Part shown: one piece after another, positions 31,289 through 41,283 of the stretch
Layout: the number at the start of each line of letters is the position of its first letter
Position numbering within the stretch: position 1 is the first letter of the stretch
Source of the DNA: SAR202 cluster bacterium
Lineage (GTDB): Bacteria > Chloroflexota > Dehalococcoidia > Lucifugimonadales > Australimonadaceae
Length of the DNA stretch: 64,000 nt
Assembly: GCA_016872415.1 (NCBI GenBank)
Contig: VGZX01000003.1
Location: 3,118-67,117 of the forward strand
Direction of reading: 5' to 3'
Translations under genes and position numbers: made by a program
The notes under the pieces: generated by a model
The model's database searches: none
What the model was told of the DNA's origin: nothing
What the model saw: only the letters and a program-made list of their open reading frames with translations

Positions 31289-31636
31289 CTAACTCCTTGC
31301 GCGCGCCGTCGCCGAGTCGCCGCCCACGATCTCCTTGATCGCCAGCTCGGTGAGCTGTTGGCGATGGCCGCTCTTCACGCGATAGCGCACCTTGCGCTTG
31401 TACTTGAACACGACCACCTTGTCGCCCTTGCCCTGCTGGGCCACCTCGGCGACGACCCTGGCACCCGCGACGGTCGGCTGACCGACGGTCAGACCTCCAT
31501 CGCCCGACACCGCGAGGACGTGGTCGAACTCGACGGTGGAGCCGGGCTCCGCCGTCAACTTCTCCACGGTGATGTGGTCCCCGGGTGATACCCGGTACTG
31601 CTTACCGCCCGTGTGGATGATTGCGTATTGCGTCAT
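31289..31636 (-). CDS. rplU: 50S ribosomal protein L21
   Basis: [25 protein letters not shown]...GHRQ. Confidence 0.97.
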   Translation of the reverse strand: MTQYAIIHTGGKQYRVSPGDHITVEKLTAEPGSTVEFDHVLAVSGDGGLTVGQPTVAGARVVAEVAQQGKGDKVVVFKYKRKVRYRVKSGHRQQLTELAIKEIVGGDSATARARS

Positions 31637-31703
31637 AATCGCTCGATTCTAGGTGACGAAGGCGCCGCTGGCAAGTAGCCGGCACTCAGCGCCGCGCAAA
31701 CGA

Positions 31704-31730
31704 GAGGGCCCCGATGCCATCGAGGCCCTC
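31704..31730. terminator. GC-rich hairpin downstream of gyrA (possible terminator)
   Basis: GAGGGCC-C-CGAT-GCC-ATCG-A-GGCCCTC inverted repeat; no clear U-tract. Confidence 0.35.
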
Positions 31731-31758
31731 GAATCCCCAAGAGGGAGTTTATCAGAAC

Positions 31759-34401
31759 CTAGGCGCCCTCGTCCTGGTCTGGGTCGCCGGCTTCCTCGGT
31801 TTCGTCGAGCGGCTCATCGTCCTCATCCTCGGCGGCCTCCGGGCCATCGTCGTCGAGGCCCAACGCGAGCTGCGGCGCCGTCTTGTGGCCGTTGCGGCCG
31901 TTGACCGACGGCGCGGCCAGCGTGGGCATGTCTTGGAGCACGCTGGCGTCCCGTTCCTTGAAGGCGCTGGCCGAGATGACCTCGTCTCCCTCGGTCAGCT
32001 TGCTCATCACCTTCACGCCCTGCGTCTTGCGGCCCATGCTGCGGATCTCGTCCAGGCTGGTGCGGAACACCATCGCCTTCAACGAGCCGACCATGATTTC
32101 TTCCACGTCGGGCCCGGTCACGACCGCGGCCGCGATGGGGCCCGTCTTTTCGGTGATCTTGTACGCGGTGACGCCCTGCACCCCGCGGCCTGTTTGGCGG
32201 AAATCCTTCACGGGCGTCTGCTTGCCATAGCCACGCTTCGTGAGGATGAGCAGCTGGCTGTCCTCGGTGGCGACGTCCATCGAGACCACTTCGTCGTCAC
32301 CCAGCAGGCGCACGGCGCGCACGCCGCCCGCGCCACGCCCTTGGCGCACCTTCACGCCCTTCTCGCCGTCGAGCGGGAAGTGGACGCCCTTGCCGTTGCG
32401 CGTGACCATGATGACGCTCATGTGCGCGTCGGCCAGGCGGGCCGTGAGCACCTCGTCGCCCTCCTCCAAGTCCATGGCGGCGAGGCCGTTCTTGCGGATG
32501 TTGGCGAACATCCGCAACTCCATGCGCTTGATCTCGCCCTTGCGCGTCGCCATGACGATGTATTTGTCGGCCTGCGGGTCGGCGATGTCCACGACGGCGG
32601 TCACGCGCTCGTCGCCGCTGATCTCCAAGTATTCCTTGAGGTGTTGCCCGCGCGACTGGCGGCTGTTGTCCTGTCGGATGGCGAAGACGCGCTCACGGTA
32701 CACGCGGCCGCGGTCGGTGAAGAACAGCAGCCAATCGTGGGTGTCCGCGACGACCAATTGCGCGACGGCGTCGCCTTCGCGTGGTTCCTGGCCGCGCACG
32801 CCCTTTCCGCCCCGGCGCTGGAGGCGGTAGGCCTCGATGGGCAGGCGCTTGATGTAGCCGCGGTCGCTCAGCGTGATCACGACATCGGCATGGGCGATCA
32901 GCTCTTCGTTCGTATAGCCCTTTGCCTCTTCATCGGCGATCTCGGTGAGCCGGTCCTCGCCGAAGTTCTTGCGGAGGTCCGTCGTCTCGTCCTTGATGAC
33001 CCTCAACACACGGACGGGGTTCGCGAGCAGCGATTCCAAGTCGGCGATACGGTCTTGCAGCTGTTGGTACTCCTGCTCGATCTTCTCGCGTTCGAGCGCC
33101 GCCAGGCGGCGGAGCTGCATGTCGAGGATGGCCTGCGCCTGAATCTCGCTCAGGCCGAACCGAGTCATCAGTCCGACGCGCGCCGAGTCGACATCGTCGG
33201 ACTCACGGATCAGCTTGATGATCGCGTCGAGGTTGGCGAGCGCGATGCGGAGGCCTTCCAACACATGGGCGCGCTCGCGTGCCTTGCCCAGGTCATACTC
33301 GGCGCGCCGGCGCACCACGACCCGCCGGAACTCGACATAGTGGTGCAGCGCGGTCCGCAGGGTGAGCGTGCGCGGTTGACCATCGACGAGCGCGACCATG
33401 TTGACATGGAACGCATTCTGCATGGGGGTGTGCTGATACAGGTTGTTCAACACCTGCAACGGCGAAGCGCCGCGTTGCAGCTCCACCACCACGCGCAAGC
33501 CCTCGCGGTCGGACTCGTCGCGCACCTCGGAGATGCCGTCGATGCGCTTCTCCTTGGCGAGGTTCGCGATCTTCTCGACGAGCGCGGCCTTGTTCACCTG
33601 GTAGGGCAGCTCCGTCACGACGATGCGCTGGCGAGTTCCGCGCTCGGCCTCTTCCACGGCGGCGCGGGCCCGCACGGTGATGCGCCCGTGCCCTGTGTGA
33701 TAGGCCTGATGTATGCCCTCGCGGCCCATGATGATGCCGGCGGTCGGGAAATCCGGCCCCTTCACGAACTTCATCAATTCGTCGACGGTCGCGTCCGGAT
33801 GGTCGATCAGATGGATGATCGCGTCGCACACTTCCCGAAGGTTGTGGGGCGGTATGTTGGTGGCAAGGCCCACCGCGATGCCGGCCGCGCCGTTCACGAG
33901 CAGGTTGGGCAGGCGGGCGGGCAGCACCATCGGCTCACGCTGCGAGCCGTCGTAGTTGTCCGTGAAGTCGACCGTGTTGCGGTCGATGTCGACGAGCATC
34001 TGTTCCGCGATCGCGGCGAGGCGGGCTTCCGTGTACCGCATCGCCGCCGGCGGGTCGTCGTCCACCGAGCCGAAGTTGCCCTGGCCGTCGACGAGGGGAT
34101 GGCGCATGGAGAAGTCCTGCGCCATGCGCACCAACGCGTCGTACACCGGCGCGTCGCCGTGGGGGTGGTATTTGCCCAGCACCTCGCCGACCACGCCGGC
34201 GCTCTTTTTGTACGATGCTCCGGGGCGCAGCCCCATGCCCTGCATCGCGAACAAGATGCGGCGCTGGACGGGCTTCAGGCCATCGCGCACGTCCGGCAAG
34301 GCACGGGCGACGATGACGCTCATGGCGTAGTCGAGATACGCCTCGCGCATCTCCTGCGCGATCTGGCGAGACTCGATCCTGCCTGGGTTGGCCAAGGTCA
34401 T
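31759..34401 (-). CDS. gyrA: DNA gyrase subunit A
   Basis: [30 protein letters not shown] (catalytic Tyr), GyrA-box QRRGGKG, acidic tail. ATG 34401 with AAGGAG RBS. Confidence 0.98.
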   Translation of the reverse strand: MTLANPGRIESRQIAQEMREAYLDYAMSVIVARALPDVRDGLKPVQRRILFAMQGMGLRPGASYKKSAGVVGEVLGKYHPHGDAPVYDALVRMAQDFSMRHPLVDGQGNFGSVDDDPPAAMRYTEARLAAIAEQMLVDIDRNTVDFTDNYDGSQREPMVLPARLPNLLVNGAAGIAVGLATNIPPHNLREVCDAIIHLIDHPDATVDELMKFVKGPDFPTAGIIMGREGIHQAYHTGHGRITVRARAAVEEAERGTRQRIVVTELPYQVNKAALVEKIANLAKEKRIDGISEVRDESDREGLRVVVELQRGASPLQVLNNLYQHTPMQNAFHVNMVALVDGQPRTLTLRTALHHYVEFRRVVVRRRAEYDLGKARERAHVLEGLRIALANLDAIIKLIRESDDVDSARVGLMTRFGLSEIQAQAILDMQLRRLAALEREKIEQEYQQLQDRIADLESLLANPVRVLRVIKDETTDLRKNFGEDRLTEIADEEAKGYTNEELIAHADVVITLSDRGYIKRLPIEAYRLQRRGGKGVRGQEPREGDAVAQLVVADTHDWLLFFTDRGRVYRERVFAIRQDNSRQSRGQHLKEYLEISGDERVTAVVDIADPQADKYIVMATRKGEIKRMELRMFANIRKNGLAAMDLEEGDEVLTARLADAHMSVIMVTRNGKGVHFPLDGEKGVKVRQGRGAGGVRAVRLLGDDEVVSMDVATEDSQLLILTKRGYGKQTPVKDFRQTGRGVQGVTAYKITEKTGPIAAAVVTGPDVEEIMVGSLKAMVFRTSLDEIRSMGRKTQGVKVMSKLTEGDEVISASAFKERDASVLQDMPTLAAPSVNGRNGHKTAPQLALGLDDDGPEAAEDEDDEPLDETEEAGDPDQDEGA

Positions 34402-34603
34402 GGATGCTCCTTTCGACAACGGCCGTGGACGGACAGACGCATACCGGCGCGGAGGTTCCGCGAGAGACTGAGGGGTGCGCCGTGACACGCACGAATGGCA
34501 CGGAAAATGCCGTTTCTCAGTATACCTTAAACGGCATCATGAAGCGAGCGATGGGCATCGCATAGAACAAGTGTCCTATGGATGGACGGCCGGGCCGCGG
34601 CTC

Positions 34604-35086
34604 CTAGGAGCGAGCCTTGTAGAGCGCGATCGGCAGCTTCGACCAGCGGAGGAACTCGACCAGCAGCAGGTCGCCCTCGCGGAACTGCTCGTAGACGGAC
34701 CGCGCAATTGGAAACTTGCCCTTGCCGACGACCATGAAGGTGCGGTGCGGGGAGTAGATATTGAACGCCCACACCGGATACAGCTTCTGCAGCCGGCCTT
34801 GATAGAACCCGCGTGGGGTCAGCAGGTCGTTGACGCCGACCATCGCGCGCGCGCCGAAGAAGACGGCCACGGCGACGCCGATGTTGAACCACAAGGGGCC
34901 GTAGTAGTTGCCGGCGAGCACGAATAACGCCGCGATGATGATGCCCAGCGCCAGGTTCCGCCGGAGGATAGCCGTTCGGCCGTACCGCGATTCTCGCCAC
35001 GCCTCGACGAATTGAAGGCCGCACTTGACGCAGCGGCCCTCCTGCGTGATCTGGGCGTGGTCGCATGCCTCGCGGTTCACCTTCAC
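34604..35086 (-). CDS. Hypothetical membrane protein with an N-terminal Cys/His cluster
   Basis: GTG 35086 overlaps the upstream TGA, GGGAG RBS; C.H...CxxC followed by two TM helices and a basic beta-rich C-terminus. Confidence 0.6.
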   Translation of the reverse strand: MKVNREACDHAQITQEGRCVKCGLQFVEAWRESRYGRTAILRRNLALGIIIAALFVLAGNYYGPLWFNIGVAVAVFFGARAMVGVNDLLTPRGFYQGRLQKLYPVWAFNIYSPHRTFMVVGKGKFPIARSVYEQFREGDLLLVEFLRWSKLPIALYKARS

Positions 35087-35790
35087 GTGCGCGCTCCCGA
35101 TGTTTCGAATTCGTCCGCCCAAGCGTTCAAGCTGGTGAACAGCCGTTGGAAGCTCTTGGGCACCTCGGTCTCACGCTCCGGGTGACACTGCACGCCGATC
35201 ACCCAAGCGTGCTTCGTGCTTTGCAGGCCTTCCACCACGCCGTCCTCCGGATGGTAGGCGGTGGACAGCAGTCCCGGCGCGCGGTTGCGCTCCTTCAATC
35301 CTTGGTGGTGCCACGAGTTCACCTTGTAGAACGCGCCGCCCCCAACGATAGCCGCGAGCTTGCTTGGCGGCGTCACGTAAATCGTGTGTGTCACTGGCTG
35401 CCCGTTCTTCTCGCCGCTGCCCGACCCATGGTCGGGCAAGTGCTGGATGAGCGTTCCGCCGAACGCCACGTTGAGCAACTGCATGCCGCGGCAGATCGCC
35501 AGCACCGGCATGTCATGAGCGAGCGCCTCGCGGAGCAGGGCCAACTCCATCTCATCGCGCTCCGGCCACGTCTCAACGTGGGCGGACGGGTCGATCCGCT
35601 CACCGTAATACTTGGGATGCACGTCGACGCCGCCGCACAGCAGCATGCCGCCGGCGCCACCCATCGCCAGCGCGACGCCCTTGAAGGTGCCAGGCGTGAT
35701 CAAGCGAGCCGTGGCGCCTTGGCGCTCCACGGCGGCGACGTATGGCGCGCCTTCCTCGGCGTTGGAGGCCGTGACGACAACGGTGGGCAT
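35083..35790 (-). CDS. Peptidase C26 / gamma-glutamyl-gamma-aminobutyrate hydrolase family glutamine amidotransferase
   Basis: GGVDVHP..YG, LAICRGMQLLNVAFGGTL.QHL, VNSWHHQG, GVQCHPE. Confidence 0.92.
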   Translation of the reverse strand: MPTVVVTASNAEEGAPYVAAVERQGATARLITPGTFKGVALAMGGAGGMLLCGGVDVHPKYYGERIDPSAHVETWPERDEMELALLREALAHDMPVLAICRGMQLLNVAFGGTLIQHLPDHGSGSGEKNGQPVTHTIYVTPPSKLAAIVGGGAFYKVNSWHHQGLKERNRAPGLLSTAYHPEDGVVEGLQSTKHAWVIGVQCHPERETEVPKSFQRLFTSLNAWADEFETSGART

Positions 35791-35916
35791 GGAGATGGTA
35801 CCCCGCGAAAGGACGGTTATCGCCATTATACGAGGCGGCGCGGGCTCGACGGCCGGGGGGGGCCGATGTAGCTTCAACCGGACAGGGTGGGGCGGGCCGT
35901 AGGCGCGATGGCGGCG

Positions 35917-36780
35917 CTATTTATCTTCCTCGTCATCGGCGTCGTCCTCGTCATCGACTTCGCCTTCGATGGCCTCGTCGTCCTCGTCGACGTCGAGATC
36001 CTCCGAGAAGACATCCTCTTCCTCGGCGGCCCAGTCGCCCGCGGCGGCGGCCGTCACGGCATCCGCGTCATCGTCGTCGTCTTGTTGCCGGGGCGGCTCC
36101 GCCACGGGCTGCGCGATGCGCTCGCGCGTTGGGAACGACACGACGTTGCGCTGCGAGGGGTGCTGGAATGTCTCGCGCAGCAGCACGGTGATCTGCTCCG
36201 GCGTGTTCGACGAGACGGCGCCCTCGTAGCGGTTGCCGGCCTGCAGCAGCTTCGCCAGACGTGCGCCCAGCAGCGGCGGCAGCAGGCCCAGGTATTGCCC
36301 CGACGAGCCATCGTGGACGGCTAGCGTATCGCCCTGCTTGCGTAACTCGACCGACGTTCCCCCGGCGATGGTCGAGCGTTGCTCATGGGGGGCGGGTGCC
36401 AGCAACGGCACCTGCGTCGTCTTGCCGCTGTCCTCGATGAACAGTTGTGGCGTGATGCGCTGGGTCGAGGCCTGGCGGATGTTGCCGCCCAACGCGTCGA
36501 TGCGCTCCAGGTTCTTCTTCGCGATGGTGTTGCCTGTCGCTATGCGGAGGGTGTAGCCGAACGCCTCCCGGGCCGCGGCGCAGTCGCCCGCTTCCAGCAG
36601 TGCCTTCCCCAGACGGTTCGACGCGTCGATGTCGCTCGGGTCGAGTTCGAGCAACTCGCGGTTCACCGTCGCCGCCTCCTGCCAGCGGCTCTCCATCGCC
36701 AGGCCGATTGCCTCGCGCGATTTCTCACGTATCAGTTTTGTCCGTTCATCGAGTTGGGTCACCATGCAATCTGTCGTCAC
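35917..36780 (-). CDS. Tetratricopeptide-repeat protein with an acidic C-terminal tail
   Basis: TPR-like AI.LA...RW.EA..VN..LL..DP.D.DA.NRLGKA; Asp/Glu-rich tail. Confidence 0.75.
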   Translation of the reverse strand: MTTDCMVTQLDERTKLIREKSREAIGLAMESRWQEAATVNRELLELDPSDIDASNRLGKALLEAGDCAAAREAFGYTLRIATGNTIAKKNLERIDALGGNIRQASTQRITPQLFIEDSGKTTQVPLLAPAPHEQRSTIAGGTSVELRKQGDTLAVHDGSSGQYLGLLPPLLGARLAKLLQAGNRYEGAVSSNTPEQITVLLRETFQHPSQRNVVSFPTRERIAQPVAEPPRQQDDDDDADAVTAAAAGDWAAEEEDVFSEDLDVDEDDEAIEGEVDDEDDADDEEDK

Positions 36781-36804
36781 GCGTCCTTCGTTCGATTTTG
36801 GCGG

Positions 36805-37227
36805 TCAGCCCTTGCCGGGCAACTTGCCCTGGCGGACTAACTCGCGGTGTTCAACTCTCATGCATTTATCCATCACGACGTCGACCCCCGCGTCACGGGC
36901 CTTCGCCGCCGCCGCTTCGTTCACGATGCCGAGCTGCATCCACACCTCTCCCGCCCCGGTCGCGATCGCCTCCTCCACGACCGGCGGAACGTCCTCGGCC
37001 TTTCGGAAGATGTCCACCACGTCCACGCTCACCGGCACGGAGCGCAGGTCCGGATAAGGTTGCTCGCCCAGGACGGGGCCCGTGAGGTGGGGGTTCACCG
37101 GTATCACGCGGTAGCCTTGCGATTGCAGATACCGGGCCACGTCGTGGCTTGCTCGTTCCGGCCTGTCGGAGAGCCCGACGACGGCGATCACCCGTGCGTT
37201 TCGAAGTAGCCGCTCAATGCTCACCAC
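36805..37227 (-). CDS. CoA-binding protein (YccU-like)
   Basis: IAVVGLSDRPERAS..V..YL...GY.V.PVNP, VDIFR, VWMQLG, MDKCM; exact start uncertain. Confidence 0.9.
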   Translation of the reverse strand: MVSIERLLRNARVIAVVGLSDRPERASHDVARYLQSQGYRVIPVNPHLTGPVLGEQPYPDLRSVPVSVDVVDIFRKAEDVPPVVEEAIATGAGEVWMQLGIVNEAAAAKARDAGVDVVMDKCMRVEHRELVRQGKLPGKG

Positions 37228-37493
37228 GAGGCACCGCTTTCCGCATTCCATTCAACCATAACTAACTCGCGGGCCCCGGCCTGCCGACAGTGACGCCTTT
37301 CTCAAGGGAGACGAGGCTAGTTTTGAGCGTGGTGAAAAGTCAGTCAAGGGGTTTTTCGACGAATCCACGCGCACTTTGCGCTTGGCCGCGAGGTGTTCAC
37401 GATGAGCCAGCGCGAGCGTGGATGAGCGCGGCGGCGCATGGGTCGCCACGGCGCGAGGTGCGCGGCCGCCGGACCGCGAGGACGATGCGCCGG

Positions 37494-38720
37494 CTAGCTC
37501 GCGGCGTCGAGCTCGAAGGCCTTGTGCAGCGCCCGCACGGCCGCCGGCACTTGCGCCTCGCCGACGATACAGGTGATGCGGATTTGCGACGTGGTGATCA
37601 TCTCGATGTTGATCTTCGCGTCCGCCAGCGAGCGAAACATGGTCGAGGCATATCCCGGCGCGTTCTGCATGCCGGTGCCCACGATGCTCACCGTGCCGAG
37701 GCTGTCGTTGCTCACGACGTCCTTCGCTCCCATTTGTTGAGCGACCGGCCTCACCACGTCCAGCGCGCGGTGCAGGTCGACCTTGTCCACCGTGAAGGAG
37801 AGGTCCGTCAGCCGCTCGGCGCTGGCATTCTGCACGATGGTATCGACGCTCACACCGGCGGCCGCCAGCGGATCGAACAGCGACGCGGCGATGCCGGGCC
37901 GGTCCGGCACCGCGCGGACGGTAATACGCGCGACGCCCTTCTCGTAGGTCACGCCGCGCACCTTCTTGGTTATCTCCACCCCGTCACCTCCGGCGATGTC
38001 ATGGATCAGCGTCCCGGGCGCATCCTTCACGCTGTGGGCCACCAACACGGGGATCTTGTACCAGGCGGCGAGCTCGATCGAGCGCGGGTGCATCTTGGCG
38101 CCGTAGCTTGCCAACTCCAGCATCTCCTCGTAGCCCAGCTCGGTGAGCTTGCGCGCCGTTGGCACGATGCGCGGGTCGGCGGTGTAGATGCCCTCGACAT
38201 CGGTGTAAATCTCGCAGAGGCTGGCCCCCAAGGCGGCTGCCAGCGCCACGGCCGTCGTGTCGGAGCCGCCCCGGCCCAGCGTGGTGACGTCCATCTCCTC
38301 GTTCACGCCCTGGAAGCCGGCGACGATGACGACGCGCCCCTGGTCGAGCTCATACCGCACCCGGGCTGGGTCGAGCGCGACGATGGACGCCTTACCGTGC
38401 AGCCTGTCGGTGCGGATGCCGGCCTGCTCGCCGCTCATGCTCACGGCGCCGACGCCCATGTCGCGCAGGGCCATCGCGACCAGCGTGCAGGACACGATCT
38501 CGCCGGTCGACAGCAGCAAGTCCATCTCCCTCGGGTCCGGGTTGGCGGAAACGGAAGCCGCCAGCGCGATGAGCTCGTCCGTGGTGTCGCCCATCGCCGA
38601 GACCACCACGGCGACCTGATTGCCCGCCGCGTGCGCGCGCTGGATGCGTCGCGCCACATTGCGGATGCGCTCGGCGTTCGCCACCGAGCTGCCGCCGTAT
38701 TTCTGCACGATCACGGCCAT
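37494..38720 (-). CDS. lysC: Aspartate kinase
   Basis: VQKYGGSSV, VVSAMGDTTDEL, TTLGRGGSDTTAVALA, YTDVEG.YTADPR; two ACT domains. Confidence 0.96.
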   Translation of the reverse strand: MAVIVQKYGGSSVANAERIRNVARRIQRAHAAGNQVAVVVSAMGDTTDELIALAASVSANPDPREMDLLLSTGEIVSCTLVAMALRDMGVGAVSMSGEQAGIRTDRLHGKASIVALDPARVRYELDQGRVVIVAGFQGVNEEMDVTTLGRGGSDTTAVALAAALGASLCEIYTDVEGIYTADPRIVPTARKLTELGYEEMLELASYGAKMHPRSIELAAWYKIPVLVAHSVKDAPGTLIHDIAGGDGVEITKKVRGVTYEKGVARITVRAVPDRPGIAASLFDPLAAAGVSVDTIVQNASAERLTDLSFTVDKVDLHRALDVVRPVAQQMGAKDVVSNDSLGTVSIVGTGMQNAPGYASTMFRSLADAKINIEMITTSQIRITCIVGEAQVPAAVRALHKAFELDAAS

Positions 38721-39662
38721 CTAGTCCTCCACGCCCAACGCAAGCACCTGCGCCCCCACGGCGGACGGCTCGAGTACGCGGAACGCGCCGGGAAACCGCA
38801 GTTTGTCGGCGGCGTCGGCCATCTCATAGCCGATGGTCATGGCGCGGTGCTCGCCCTTCGTCGTGAGTGCGATGACGGACGACCCCGCACCGGACAGAAA
38901 CACGCCGCGCGCCCCGGCCTTCCGCGCCGCCGCGAACAGGTGCTTCATCTCGGGGTACACCGTCTGCCGCGCCGGCTGGTGGAGCATGTCTTGCGTGGCG
39001 ATGCCGAGGTATTCGGGATGGTCCGTCGCGAACGCGGCGACGAGCAATGCCGCCCGCCCGATGTTGAACACGGCGTCGGCGCGCGACAGCTGCGGCGCCA
39101 GCACGGACCGCGCCTTCTTTGTCGCCAGCGGCATCTCCGGAATGAACACCACGCATTGCAGGTCGGTGGGCAGGGGGATCGGCGCGGCGAGCACCTTCTC
39201 GTGGTCGCGCACGGCCACGACGCATCCGCCCAGCAGCGCGGGCGCCACGTTGTCCGGGTGGCCTTCCAGATCGGTCGCGAGTTGGAGCAACCGTGGCGGA
39301 GACACGGGGAAGTCGAACAGCGCGTTCGCCGCGACCATCGCGCCCACAATGGCGGCGGACGAGCTGCCAAGGCCGCGCGACAGTGGAATGTCTTGCCACG
39401 TCTCGATGCGGACCTCCGCGCCCTCATGCCCCAACTCGGCGAAGATCAGCTGCGCCGCGCGGTACATGAGGTTCGACGAGTCCGTGCGGAGGTGTCCCGC
39501 GCCGTCGCCGTGGACGGTGATGGCCGTGGGGCCGCCCCAGCGCAGGCGTATGCGGTTCCACATGCCCAGGGCCATGCCCAAACAATCGAAGCCGGGCCCC
39601 AGGTTCGCACTCGTGGCCGGAACGCGGACGGTGACGGTTTGGTGAAGGGGCGTTTTGCTCAT
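38721..39662 (-). CDS. thrB: Homoserine kinase
   Basis: VPATSANLGPGFD.LGMAL, IPLSRGLGSSSAA, EGHPDN, LSGAG; AGGAGG RBS at the ATG at 39662. Confidence 0.96.
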   Translation of the reverse strand: MSKTPLHQTVTVRVPATSANLGPGFDCLGMALGMWNRIRLRWGGPTAITVHGDGAGHLRTDSSNLMYRAAQLIFAELGHEGAEVRIETWQDIPLSRGLGSSSAAIVGAMVAANALFDFPVSPPRLLQLATDLEGHPDNVAPALLGGCVVAVRDHEKVLAAPIPLPTDLQCVVFIPEMPLATKKARSVLAPQLSRADAVFNIGRAALLVAAFATDHPEYLGIATQDMLHQPARQTVYPEMKHLFAAARKAGARGVFLSGAGSSVIALTTKGEHRAMTIGYEMADAADKLRFPGAFRVLEPSAVGAQVLALGVED

Positions 39663-39802
39663 ATCCTCCTGCCAAACTGGGAGTATATCGGACGCCGCCA
39701 CCACCCACAACCGCGCCACGATACGGATTGTGCTTCTCGTCACATATGGCCGCACGCTCTATAATCGCCGCGCAACGTTCTTCGAAAGGCTGACCCGCTC
39801 AC

Positions 39803-40786
39803 ATGGGTGTTCTCTACATCGCCGGATCGCGCCCCGGAGCCGGCGCCACCGCCACCGCCATGGGCATAGCCGGCGCCCTTCGCGCGAGAGGCCACCGGGT
39901 GGTCGCGATCAAGCCGCTGTCGACGCGAGACGGCGATGCCGACGCCGCACTGCTCGCCGGCGCCGCGGCCGTCACTTCGCTCACGGTGGTTGCCGAAGGC
40001 GCGTCGCGCGAGCTGCTCGCCGCCGCCGAGACGCGGGTGCGGGCGGTCGCGAAGGATGCCGACGTCACCGTGGTCGAGGGCCTGCCGCTTACCGTCGAGG
40101 GCACGGCGGCCTTCGCCGAGCGGTTGCAGGCCACCGTGATCGGCGTCGTGCCCTACGCTCGTGCTCTGGGCCAAGCCGACGCGTCGGTTTGGCGCGCGGC
40201 GTTCGGCACGCGGCTCGCGGGCGTCGTCATCAATCGACGCACGCTGTACGGCCAGCATGACGCATCCGAGCGCCTGGCCTCGGAACTGACTGCTGCCGGC
40301 GTCCCCGCGCTCGGCATCGTGCCGGAGGACCGCCTGTTGCTCGCGCCCACCGTCGGTCAAATAGCGTCGCGCATCGGCGCCGCTTATTTCACGGCGCCCC
40401 AGGAGAGCGAACGCCTCGTGGAGCACTTCATGATAGGTGGGCTGTTCCTCGAATGGGGCGGCAACTACTTTGGCCGGTATCCGAACCAGGCCGTCATCGT
40501 GCGCGGCGGCCGCGCCGACTTGCAGATGTCGGCGCTCAACTTCCCGCTCGCTTGCCTCATCCTCACGGGAGTCAAGCAGCCTCCGCAATACGTCTCCTCG
40601 CGCGCGGAGGAGCAAGACGTGCCGCTGCTGGTGGTGGGCACGCCGACGCTCGAAACGGCGGCCGTGCTGCAGGACCTTCCACGGTCGGCGACGATACACC
40701 ACCCGGCGAAGGCGGAGCGCGCATCGTTGCTCTTCGGCCAATACGGCAAGTGGGCCGGGCTTACCGCGGCAGCTTGGCTGCGCTGA
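39803..40786 (+). CDS. Phosphotransacetylase-family BioD-like/DRTGG-domain protein
   Basis: BioD-like N-terminus (...IKP), AVIVRGGRADLQ..AL (DRTGG-like), LILTG; TATAAT at 39760-39765. Confidence 0.75.
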   Translation: MGVLYIAGSRPGAGATATAMGIAGALRARGHRVVAIKPLSTRDGDADAALLAGAAAVTSLTVVAEGASRELLAAAETRVRAVAKDADVTVVEGLPLTVEGTAAFAERLQATVIGVVPYARALGQADASVWRAAFGTRLAGVVINRRTLYGQHDASERLASELTAAGVPALGIVPEDRLLLAPTVGQIASRIGAAYFTAPQESERLVEHFMIGGLFLEWGGNYFGRYPNQAVIVRGGRADLQMSALNFPLACLILTGVKQPPQYVSSRAEEQDVPLLVVGTPTLETAAVLQDLPRSATIHHPAKAERASLLFGQYGKWAGLTAAAWLR

Positions 40787-40817
40787 TGCCTTCGCCCGAT
40801 ATCCATGCCGAAAACTA

Positions 40818-40847
40818 TTGAATGCCCCCATCCCTTTTTGATACTCT
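40818..40847 (+). promoter_or_regulatory. Sigma70-type promoter for speD-speE
   Basis: TTGAAT-18 nt-TACTCT with TG extension in an AT-rich gap. Confidence 0.45.
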
Positions 40848-40900
40848 GAACCTCTGCGCGTTTTTTTAGCGCTAGTTCCTCGTAAAGGGGGGCTTTGTGA

Positions 40901-41275
40901 GTGAACGCACTCGGAAGGCACATCCTGCTTGAACTTCGGGACTCCAACCCGGAGAAGTTGAACGATCTGCCGTTCATCCGCTCGTCGCTGCTCAATGCCG
41001 CCAGCGAGACGGGCGCGACCATCATCGACCACATCTTCCATCAGTTCAGCCCGCAAGGCGTGACGGGTGTGATCGCGATCGCCGAATCGCACCTATCCAT
41101 TCATACGTGGCCCGAGTACGGCTATGCCGCGGTGGACATCTTCACCTGCGGAGAGTCGTTCGACCCCATCGACGCCGCGCGGCTCATCATCCGTGACTTC
41201 GAATCGAGGGACCCGGAGATCACGAAGATCGAGCGCGGCACCTTGAACATCCCTGCGTCAATCAGGAACAGATAG
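40901..41275 (+). CDS. speD: S-adenosylmethionine decarboxylase proenzyme (SpeH-type)
   Basis: GRHILLE, FSPQGVTG, AESHLSIHTWPEYGYAAVDIFTCG (E-S self-cleavage site). Confidence 0.96.
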   Translation: MNALGRHILLELRDSNPEKLNDLPFIRSSLLNAASETGATIIDHIFHQFSPQGVTGVIAIAESHLSIHTWPEYGYAAVDIFTCGESFDPIDAARLIIRDFESRDPEITKIERGTLNIPASIRNR

Positions 41276-41283
41276 GACTGGAA

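Noticed and set aside
40848-40900. Riboswitch upstream of speD
   Set aside because: Only weak short hairpins (one over the RBS); no recognisable SAM or other aptamer core.
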